Assembly (NCBI GenBank): GCA_021797895.1
Contig: JAJZYW010000001.1
Span: 25,506 to 89,505, forward strand
DNA length: 64,000 bases
From: Candidatus Micrarchaeota archaeon
Lineage (GTDB): Archaea; Micrarchaeota; Micrarchaeia; Micrarchaeales; Micrarchaeaceae
Direction: 5' to 3'
Numbering within the stretch: position 1 is the stretch's first letter; the number at the start of each line of letters is the position of its first letter. A model generated the notes under the pieces. That model was given only the letters and a program-made list of their open reading frames with translations, had not been told where the DNA came from and searched no databases. The position numbers and the translations under genes were made by a program. Below, one piece after another: positions 26,541 to 33,876 of the stretch.

Positions 26541-27413
26541 TTATATCCTTTGCCTGCTAAAAAGCGAACGCGCGATTAGTGATGCATGGCCGGCTTCTCT
26601 AAGCCTTCTGGTCGAATACTTAAACCACGATGGCCCGAATGGGATGTATACGCGCACGCTGTGCCCTTCTCTTGCCAATGATACCGCGTCGAGGTTGCGT
26701 ATGCCGTTGAGCATGGCTAACTCCATTTCTCGCTTGTATTTTCTGTTCAGTGCGATGGCTTTTTTGATTATGGCCATATCGTGTGTGGCTATCATGAACT
26801 TGTGTGAATTCTTAAATAGGAGCTGCATCAGCCGGTAATAGTTTTGCGTAACCTCTTTCCTAGTTGCATAGGCAACTTCCTCAGGTTCGGTATATGCACC
26901 TTTTACAAGGCGTATTACACCGCCCTCCAATGCTATCCGTGCGACGTCTCGCTCGCTTCTCCTGAGGTATGATTGTATGCATATGCCAGCATTCCCGCTT
27001 TTAGATGCTGAGCGGTAAAGCCGTATGGTATCGTCCACCTTGTCGGATTCCTCCATATCGAGCCATATGAATAATCCTTTTGACTTCGCAGCCTTCACCA
27101 GCTTGAGATAATTCTTCTTTGCATACGGATAAGAAATGCCCAAGCCTATCTGGGTCGGTTTTACCGATATGTGGGCATCGGCATGGCCTGCGCTTATGCT
27201 GCCGATCAGCGAGGAGTATGTAGACATTGTATCCGATATATCTTTTCTTTCGGAGAGGGCTTCGCCAAGGTAGTTTATTATAGCCCCGACACCATTCCCA
27301 TTGAAACGCGAGGCCACTGCTATGGCGTCGCTTATGTAAGGTCCAGCTATCCAGCGCCCCGCAAAAACGCGCTCCCCGAAACGCGATAGAAGTGCGGCTT
27401 TTTTCTCTTGCAT
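26541..27413 (-). CDS. Proline dehydrogenase (PutA PRODH-domain family)
   Basis: IRLVKGAYTEPEEVAY and FMIATHD motifs typical of monofunctional proline dehydrogenases. Internal ATG 27413 preferred over 27449. Confidence 0.75.
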   Translation of the reverse strand: MQEKKAALLSRFGERVFAGRWIAGPYISDAIAVASRFNGNGVGAIINYLGEALSERKDISDTMSTYSSLIGSISAGHADAHISVKPTQIGLGISYPYAKKNYLKLVKAAKSKGLFIWLDMEESDKVDDTIRLYRSASKSGNAGICIQSYLRRSERDVARIALEGGVIRLVKGAYTEPEEVAYATRKEVTQNYYRLMQLLFKNSHKFMIATHDMAIIKKAIALNRKYKREMELAMLNGIRNLDAVSLAREGHSVRVYIPFGPSWFKYSTRRLREAGHASLIARSLFSRQRI

Positions 27414-27457
27414 TTTTTTGCCCCTTTCTGCACGTATACAAGACTGCAAACAGTTAT

Positions 27458-29296
27458 TTAGGCTTTTGATTGCTTTGAATTCCTTCTTTTTTGTTGGATT
27501 GGTGCTACAGCTTTCTTGCTTCGGCTTTTTTTAGAGTTTTTATCTCTGCCACTGCGTGCCTTTTCTGAGACGCCGTCATAAACATAACGCTTCCCGCGCA
27601 GCGCTGAAAGCAGCGCAGCTATGAATGCCATTATGGCCCCAATGTAGAACACGACACGCATGGAATCTATGAATGGCTTTGATATCAGCTTGGGGAAGAA
27701 CTGCTTGCTTATGAGCTCCGAGTATACTTTTGCACCCAGTATCGGAACATCTTGGGGAGGTATGACGTTCTTTATCGGATTATAGCCCAAAAGGGCGGAA
27801 AACAGAATGCCTGTTGGAGGTATATCGGATATTGATGCAGTTACATTTTGGGAAACGTTCAGCGAGTTTAAACTTGAGGCTATCGCGGGAGGAAGTTCAT
27901 GGCCGAACGTAGCTATGAGTATGGTGAAAAACAGGACAAGGCTGAGCATGAAAGAGGTGTTAAGGAAAGTGGATCTTATGCCGGATACCGCACCGCGTGT
28001 ATCTGGAGGAACTGCATTCATTATTGCGGCTGTGTTTGGTGCGGAGAACATTCCTTGACCTATGCCGAAGAATACCGTTATCAGCGCAAACGATATGAAA
28101 TCGAAATCGGCAGGCAAGGTTAGCAGAAGCAAGAATGCGGCTACGTTTATCAGCATGCCTGATGTAGTGAACAGCCTTGCGCCTCTCTTGTCTGAAAGAT
28201 ATCCGAACAACGGGCCCGATATCAGGAAACCGACGGCAAACGGTATCAGGTCTATGGCTGCATCGAACGGAGTATTGCTGAACGATACGCCGTGAAGCGG
28301 AAGCCATATGCCCTGCAGCCAGATTATGAGCATGAACTGCAGCCCTCCCCTAGAAAGACCTGCCAATGCGAGACTGAGGTTGCCGAATGTGAAAGCCCTG
28401 ATCCTGAATAAGCTCAGCTTCATCATGGGTTCCCTAGTGCGGAGCTCTATAAGCACAAACAGCACGAACAGTATTATGCTAACGATTATAGAACTTGAAA
28501 CAAACGGGTTGGACCATCCAGTAGTGCTAGAACCATATGGCAGAAGACCATATGTTATGCCCACCAAAAATAGTATCAGGGCTATTGCAAATGTTGCGTT
28601 CCCGAATATGTCGAATTTCTGATTTTTCTTTATGCTTGCAATCTCATGCAACGCTACGTAAGCCCATACTGTCCCTATGATTCCGAAAGGAACGTTTATC
28701 AGGAAAACCAAATGCCAGTCAATACCAGCTAGCAGTCCGCCTATTATGAAACCTAGCACCGAACCGCCCACAGCGGCAATCTGATTGAATCCGAGAGCCT
28801 TTCCCCTTTCGTTTGAGGGAAATACGTCTGTTAGTATAGCAGCGCTGTTTGCAAAAAGGAATGCGCCACCAAGACCCTGCAGGATTCTTATGAAAATCAA
28901 TGATAAAGCGCCAACGGTTCCTGATACGTACAGCGAGGACGCGTACAGCCCTATGGATCCTATAGTGAATACTGCAAACCCGAGGTTATAGAGCCTTACC
29001 CTGCCGTACATGTCGGAAAGTCGGCCCACCGAAACGACAGCCACTGCAGACACTATGCTGTACCCGAGAAGCAACCACAAAAGCAGGACAGTGCTTGAAG
29101 GCGCGATAGGATTTACGTTTAGGCCCTTGAATATTGCAGGAAGCGATATGATCAGTATTGATGCGTTTATGGAAGCCATAAGCGCCCCCAATGTAGTGTT
29201 AGACAGAGCTATCCACTTGTAGGATTTGCCATATTTTTGTTCGCGCTTCTGCTCCTCTATATCATAGGAATGCCGGGCTGGTGCCATTGACTCCAT
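27458..29296 (-). CDS. MFS transporter, 14-TMS DHA2 (EmrB/QacA)-like, with a long basic C-terminal tail
   Basis: MFS motif A-like VGRLSDMYGRVR, many hydrophobic helices, and the cytoplasmic tail SEKARSGRDKNSKKSRSKK... Confidence 0.8.
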   Translation of the reverse strand: MESMAPARHSYDIEEQKREQKYGKSYKWIALSNTTLGALMASINASILIISLPAIFKGLNVNPIAPSSTVLLLWLLLGYSIVSAVAVVSVGRLSDMYGRVRLYNLGFAVFTIGSIGLYASSLYVSGTVGALSLIFIRILQGLGGAFLFANSAAILTDVFPSNERGKALGFNQIAAVGGSVLGFIIGGLLAGIDWHLVFLINVPFGIIGTVWAYVALHEIASIKKNQKFDIFGNATFAIALILFLVGITYGLLPYGSSTTGWSNPFVSSSIIVSIILFVLFVLIELRTREPMMKLSLFRIRAFTFGNLSLALAGLSRGGLQFMLIIWLQGIWLPLHGVSFSNTPFDAAIDLIPFAVGFLISGPLFGYLSDKRGARLFTTSGMLINVAAFLLLLTLPADFDFISFALITVFFGIGQGMFSAPNTAAIMNAVPPDTRGAVSGIRSTFLNTSFMLSLVLFFTILIATFGHELPPAIASSLNSLNVSQNVTASISDIPPTGILFSALLGYNPIKNVIPPQDVPILGAKVYSELISKQFFPKLISKPFIDSMRVVFYIGAIMAFIAALLSALRGKRYVYDGVSEKARSGRDKNSKKSRSKKAVAPIQQKRRNSKQSKA

Positions 29297-29365
29297 TTGT
29301 TTTTGGAAGGAAGGAATTTAAATCTCATCAAAATTTATATTTAGAAAATGTCTGCTTTTAATCGC

Positions 29366-30523
29366 TCATTCTTCTATTGCACGTCTTTCACTCTTTTTAG
29401 TGAGCGCAAGTGGCATTATTATCGATAGCGTTATCGTGCCTACCAGTACCACCGTATAAAGCTGGTTTGATATGATGCCATATTGCAGTGCCAGTGATGC
29501 AATTATTATGCCCACTGCGCCCCTGCTTCCAAGGATGCCGACAGCATCTTTGGACTGCAGCTTTGTGAACCTATCGTTTGCCGCAATGTAGTTTAACGTT
29601 CCGCCAACGCACATTGCCACAAGAACCATGGATATTAGGAGGCCGTCATATTCTGCAGATGGGAAAGTAAAGGCAAGTCCTGCTATGCTGAAAAATATAG
29701 GTATGAAGAAGCTATCGTTCAGACGCCTAAAAGTGTTGCTTAGCATCCTTGATGGGCGGACACCCACAGTAGTCTTGTGTATCAGCATGCCCGCAAATAG
29801 CGCGCCAAGAACGTACGTTATTCCGATTACCTGAAATATCGCCGATACTATCAAGCCCATCAATATTACAAGGGCGAAAAGCGTCTCTTCAGCTCTTTTC
29901 TTTATAAGATTGGAAAATATTTTCCTAAGACCTTTGCTATGGCGTTTGGTCTCATAGTCTATCAGCAAGAGCAAGGCTAAGAATACTGCCAAAGCTGCCA
30001 CTGTTATAAGAGGGTTTAGTTTATGCAGTATAACCGCGAATATTACGAATGCCACTATGTCAGCAGATATTACACCGGCTAGCAGCCGCAGCCCATCCTC
30101 CTGATTTATGATGGAATGACGGTATACCAAAACCGAAACTATGGATATTGATGGAACTCCGAGCGCTATTGATGCTGTGATTGCAGCCGATGGCGTTATG
30201 TTGAATATGTAAATTCCGAGGAACGCCATCACAAAAGATGGTATGATGAATGACGATAGCGTAAAATAAGACGCGCTTCTCAGATGGTCGGTAAGCACCT
30301 CTGTAGTTATTTGTATGCCTATGAAAAGCAGTATGAAGAAGATTGCAACCTCCGCTATTCCGGACAATACTGTTGATGGCGTGACAAAGCCAAAGATGCT
30401 TGGGCCTAATATAATCCCGGCAAGTATCTGACCAACAATTTCTGTAATACCGACACGCTCAAACAGCTTCCCCAGAAGTATGGAAAATGATAGTAGAAGC
30501 AGCAATGCTATCAGTATCTCCAT
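29366..30523 (-). CDS. Cation:proton antiporter (CPA2 / Kef-NapA-like Na+/H+ exchanger family)
   Basis: 385-aa polytopic membrane protein. The N-terminal LLLGKLFERVGITEIVGQILAGIILGP pattern is typical of the Na_H_Exchanger family. Confidence 0.7.
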   Translation of the reverse strand: MEILIALLLLLSFSILLGKLFERVGITEIVGQILAGIILGPSIFGFVTPSTVLSGIAEVAIFFILLFIGIQITTEVLTDHLRSASYFTLSSFIIPSFVMAFLGIYIFNITPSAAITASIALGVPSISIVSVLVYRHSIINQEDGLRLLAGVISADIVAFVIFAVILHKLNPLITVAALAVFLALLLLIDYETKRHSKGLRKIFSNLIKKRAEETLFALVILMGLIVSAIFQVIGITYVLGALFAGMLIHKTTVGVRPSRMLSNTFRRLNDSFFIPIFFSIAGLAFTFPSAEYDGLLISMVLVAMCVGGTLNYIAANDRFTKLQSKDAVGILGSRGAVGIIIASLALQYGIISNQLYTVVLVGTITLSIIMPLALTKKSERRAIEE

Positions 30524-30571
30524 GAGTAAGAGTTTATATGAAATAATTATAATTCTACGCCTAACGGAATT

Positions 30572-30705
30572 TGGGGCCGCCGGGATTTGGACCCGGATCA
30601 GCTGGTTACTTCATGTTTCTGAATTCCAGATCCTCATCATCGCCACAGGCTCATAAATTTTAAACATCTGGAGCCAGCTGCGCTGCCAGGTTACGCTACA
30701 GCCCC
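30572..30705 (-). tRNA. tRNA-Trp(CCA) with a 61-nt intron at the canonical 37/38 position
   Basis: Minus-strand RNA: acceptor GGGGCUG/CGGCCCC with discriminator A. D arm GCGU-AACCUGGCA-GCGC. Anticodon stem GCUGG/CCAGC with loop CUCCAG|intron|A. T arm CCGGG-UCCAAAU-CCCGG. 134 nt in total. Confidence 0.85.
30607..30667 (-). ncRNA. tRNA-Trp intron carrying a box C (AUGAUGA) - 12-nt guide - D'-like (CAGA) element
   Basis: Box C lies at 30634-30640, the guide GGAUCUGGAAUU at 30622-30633 and CAGA at 30618-30621. The guide pairs with UCCAGAU of the anticodon loop and intron junction, and its fifth nucleotide upstream of CAGA pairs with C34. Confidence 0.5.
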
Positions 30706-30733
30706 GCATTCTCGTAATAGTTCTTAAGAAAAG

Positions 30734-30741
30734 TATTTAAA
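30734..30741. promoter_or_regulatory. Shared TATA-like box (TATTTAAA) between divergent tRNA-Trp and Nudix genes
   Basis: The octamer lies about 30 nt from the tRNA-Trp 5' end (30705) and about 32 nt from ATG 30773. Confidence 0.35.
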
Positions 30742-30772
30742 GGTTAGAAAAGAATTCGAACAGATTAGTGTT

Positions 30773-31285
30773 ATGGCAGACAAGGTAATTTACAGAAATC
30801 ATAAATTTTCCGTTGAGCGCATAGAAGTACCCATAGGCAGGAAAATTATGTCCTTCGAGAGGGTCAAAGCTCCGGATGCAGTTACCGTACTGGCCATGCC
30901 TGATAACGTATCGCTCCTAATAGAGAGAGGATACAGACCGGCGTTGAAGCGGATGACGGTCGAACTCCCTTTCGGACTCCTTCAGAACGGGGAAAAGCCG
31001 GTTGACGCTGCAAAGCGCGTAATAAAGGAGCAGACAGGCTATGTGTTCGGCAATTACACTCTGATGCTAAAAACCTTCATGAACCCGTACATAACAACGC
31101 AGAAGGATTACTTCTATATAGCCAAGAACAAAAAAACAATGAAAAACGTAAGTAGGGACGGGATGTCATCATTTACTGCAGTGAAGTTCGACGCACTGCG
31201 GGATATGGTGGAAAGGAACTACATAAAGGACAACAAGACGATTGCTGGCATATTGTATTATATAAACACCTTGATGAAAAAGTGA
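30773..31285 (+). CDS. Nudix-fold protein (ADP-ribose pyrophosphatase-like) with a degenerate Nudix box
   Basis: ELPFGLLQNGEKPVDAAKRVIKEQTGY aligns to the Nudix box Gx5Ex7REUxEExGU, but RVIKEQ replaces RExxEE. Confidence 0.55.
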   Translation: MADKVIYRNHKFSVERIEVPIGRKIMSFERVKAPDAVTVLAMPDNVSLLIERGYRPALKRMTVELPFGLLQNGEKPVDAAKRVIKEQTGYVFGNYTLMLKTFMNPYITTQKDYFYIAKNKKTMKNVSRDGMSSFTAVKFDALRDMVERNYIKDNKTIAGILYYINTLMKK

Positions 31286-31299
31286 AATGGTGACAGTTA

Positions 31300-31902
31300 A
31301 TGCTAGGGCTACTATTCTTGCAACCATACAACATAGGCATAAACATAGAAGCTTTCAAGCTTGCAGACAGCCTTGCAAGCCCAGGCCTTAATTACATTAT
31401 GGCGTTGCTTGCGAAAAGCTTTTTCATCGTACTTCCAGCAATAGTACTTTACATGTACTTCTACAAGAAGGATATGAACACATATAGCTTTATCATTGCA
31501 GGAATCGTATTTTATGTGGTGTCGGACATCATAAAGAACATAGTTAGGGAACCAAGGCCATGTAATGTGAGCGAATTGAGCTGGATCAACAATGTTGGAT
31601 GCGAATCGACATTTTCATTCCCAAGCAACCATGCTTCTGTGCTTACTGGCCTCGCATTCTTCCTAAAAGGCTACAAATATCTCAGGATTGCATATGTAGT
31701 ATGGCTTCTGCTCATACTCTTTGGGAGAATTTACCTTGGCGTGCACTATTTCACAGATGTCATAGCTGGAGTAGTGCTCAGCGTGGTACTTTACTACGTG
31801 TTATCCATCTATGCAAAACGGATTAATAAGTTCTTTAACAATCTAGTTGGTAGGATATTTCCTAAGATTGCTATAAAGAGTGGTGGAATTGACAAAAAAT
31901 AA
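31300..31902 (+). CDS. PAP2-family lipid phosphate/pyrophosphate phosphatase
   Basis: Three PAP2 motifs are present: KNIVREPRP, FPSNHAS and GRIYLGVHYFTDV. It is a polytopic membrane protein. Confidence 0.8.
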   Translation: MLGLLFLQPYNIGINIEAFKLADSLASPGLNYIMALLAKSFFIVLPAIVLYMYFYKKDMNTYSFIIAGIVFYVVSDIIKNIVREPRPCNVSELSWINNVGCESTFSFPSNHASVLTGLAFFLKGYKYLRIAYVVWLLLILFGRIYLGVHYFTDVIAGVVLSVVLYYVLSIYAKRINKFFNNLVGRIFPKIAIKSGGIDKK

Positions 31903-31909
31903 CAAGTAT

Positions 31910-32707
31910 ATGTATATCGGAATAGCCGCAGTTGTGATAATTGCTGTTGTTCTTGTAATTTTGAATGACAGCAGTGCTACGAATGCTGCCTCCTCTAGCC
32001 TTGACAACGTGCAGCTTAGCCCACAGACCCTTTCAGAACTTCATACAATAGCAAACAACGAGTCGCTTGCGAACAAGGTAGGTTCCGGGACAATAGCTGG
32101 ATTTATGACAACGGAGAAGAATACAACCGCATTTATAACGAACGGAACGCCCACATTCCTTTACATCGGTGCTGATTTCTGCCCTTACTGTGCGGAAGCC
32201 AGGTGGGGAATAGTAATTGCGCTCATGCGTTTCGGCAACTTTACAAAACTGCACTACATGACGTCCAGCGCTTCGGACGCCTATCCGAATACGCCGACAT
32301 TCACTTTTTACAACTCGAGTTATACCAGCAGCCTCCTGAACTTCCAGGAGGTGGAGCTTACAACCAACAAGTTCAACTCTTCGCTTAATACATACCCAGC
32401 ATTGCAAACGCCAAATGCGGTTCAGAAAAAGCTGTTTTCGAAATACGACAGCGGAGGCAGCATACCATTTGTAGATATAGCAAACACCTCCGTCATGGTC
32501 GGGAGCCCCATAATAGGAGGCTTACTTACTAAGTATGCTTGGGCCCAGATGATAGCAGATTTCAATGATTCGAACTCAGTACCTTCACAGAATGTGATAG
32601 GAGCGGCGAATCTTTATACTGCAAACATTTGCGAGGCGACAGGATTCAAGCCTGCCAGCGTATGCGACCAGCCGTACATAAAGGTACTGCTTTCGGAACA
32701 AAGCTAA
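31910..32707 (+). CDS. DUF929-like membrane-anchored thioredoxin-fold protein with CPYC motif
   Basis: An N-terminal TM helix (YIGIAAVVIIAVVLVIL) is followed by FLYIGADFCPYCAEARWGIVIALMRFGNF, as remembered for archaeal DUF929 proteins. ATG 31910 avoids overlap with the PAP2 gene. Confidence 0.55.
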   Translation: MYIGIAAVVIIAVVLVILNDSSATNAASSSLDNVQLSPQTLSELHTIANNESLANKVGSGTIAGFMTTEKNTTAFITNGTPTFLYIGADFCPYCAEARWGIVIALMRFGNFTKLHYMTSSASDAYPNTPTFTFYNSSYTSSLLNFQEVELTTNKFNSSLNTYPALQTPNAVQKKLFSKYDSGGSIPFVDIANTSVMVGSPIIGGLLTKYAWAQMIADFNDSNSVPSQNVIGAANLYTANICEATGFKPASVCDQPYIKVLLSEQS

Positions 32708-32720
32708 GCGCGGTGTACAG

Positions 32721-33872
32721 ATGGATATATGCGTGCTCAACCCCTTCTTTTACCCTTATAATGGGGGTACCGAACGCGTTCTTTACAGCCTTTATACTCA
32801 GCTGGCGAAAAAGCACAACGTCACAGTGATAAGTGCATCGTTGAAAAGGAACCAGAAGAGGAGGGTTGACAACGTCAACGGAATAAAAGTCGTAAGGCTG
32901 AGCACAAGGTACCTTGATATACAGGGGCTGCCCATGCCATTCCTGAAAATGAACGGAATAGCCGAGGAGATAAAGAGGACAGGGGCAGACATATACCACA
33001 TCAACAACAGGTACCAGTACTTCCTTGGTGAAATCAAAGCAATACGGAGCGTAAATGCTAAGCTTGCCATAACGATACACAACTCGCTCCCAAGGAACAT
33101 AGACAGGTTCACTGATAGCGGAGGACTGATATTTGACAAGACGTGGGGAAGCAGGTTAATAGGGATGTCTGACCTGATAACAGCAGTTTCTAAGGACGCG
33201 GCAAGGACGACGGTGCCCAAGAAGCATCTGCATAGGACTAAAATAATACTTAACGGCGTCGATTATAATGAGTTTAAGCCAAGGGGGCGCAAGTTAGCAA
33301 GGAGGAAGCTTGGCCTTAATGGGAACGCGAAAATAATACTTAACACTGCAAGGTTCGTACAGCAGAAGGGTCAGACGTACCTTCTTGAAGCGTTTGGAGA
33401 TGCAATATCACGCGGGATCCTTGATGACGATTCAGAGCTTATAATGATAGGGAAAGGGCCGCTTAAAGCTTATCTGCAAACAGAGGCGGATAGGCGCGGG
33501 CTCCACGCAAACGTTACTCTGCTCTCGGATATCAATGAGAAAAGCCTTCCATACTATTATAATGCCGCTAATGCGTTTGTATTTCCATCGCTATACGAGC
33601 CTGCTGGGCTGGCAGGACTAGAAGCGCTCTCTTCCGGAATACCTGTCATAGCGTCTAGGGCTGGCGGCATACCCGAAATGCTAAAGGAGCATGCAATTTA
33701 CGTAAAACCGAGAAGCAAGAACGGCATAGTATCAGCCCTGAAGAAGCTTTCCTCAGCTGGATGGGAAATTCATGACACCGAACGGGTGATGGATTTCGTG
33801 CACAGGGAGCATGATTGGAGAGAAATAACAAAGGAGTATGAGACATCTTTTCAAAAAATTTTGAAGTATTGA
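32721..33872 (+). CDS. Glycosyltransferase family 4 (GT-B fold)
   Basis: MDICVLNPFFYPYNGGTERV N-terminus and the C-terminal EPAGLAGLEALSSGIPVIASRAGGIPE motif region. Confidence 0.85.
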   Translation: MDICVLNPFFYPYNGGTERVLYSLYTQLAKKHNVTVISASLKRNQKRRVDNVNGIKVVRLSTRYLDIQGLPMPFLKMNGIAEEIKRTGADIYHINNRYQYFLGEIKAIRSVNAKLAITIHNSLPRNIDRFTDSGGLIFDKTWGSRLIGMSDLITAVSKDAARTTVPKKHLHRTKIILNGVDYNEFKPRGRKLARRKLGLNGNAKIILNTARFVQQKGQTYLLEAFGDAISRGILDDDSELIMIGKGPLKAYLQTEADRRGLHANVTLLSDINEKSLPYYYNAANAFVFPSLYEPAGLAGLEALSSGIPVIASRAGGIPEMLKEHAIYVKPRSKNGIVSALKKLSSAGWEIHDTERVMDFVHREHDWREITKEYETSFQKILKY

Positions 33873-33876
33873 TTTT

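Noticed and set aside
30598-30612. The CUGA at the anticodon-stem/variable-loop boundary of tRNA-Trp, together with the AUGAAGU just upstream, as a functional C'/D box pair with a second guide (for position 39, as in Haloferax).
   Set aside because: Only about 6 nt separate the C'-like element from CUGA, whereas about 12 nt are needed. The putative guide has no complementarity to the tRNA, and position 39 is C rather than U. The sequences flanking box C and this CUGA also do not form a terminal stem. I therefore report only the C-guide-D' half.
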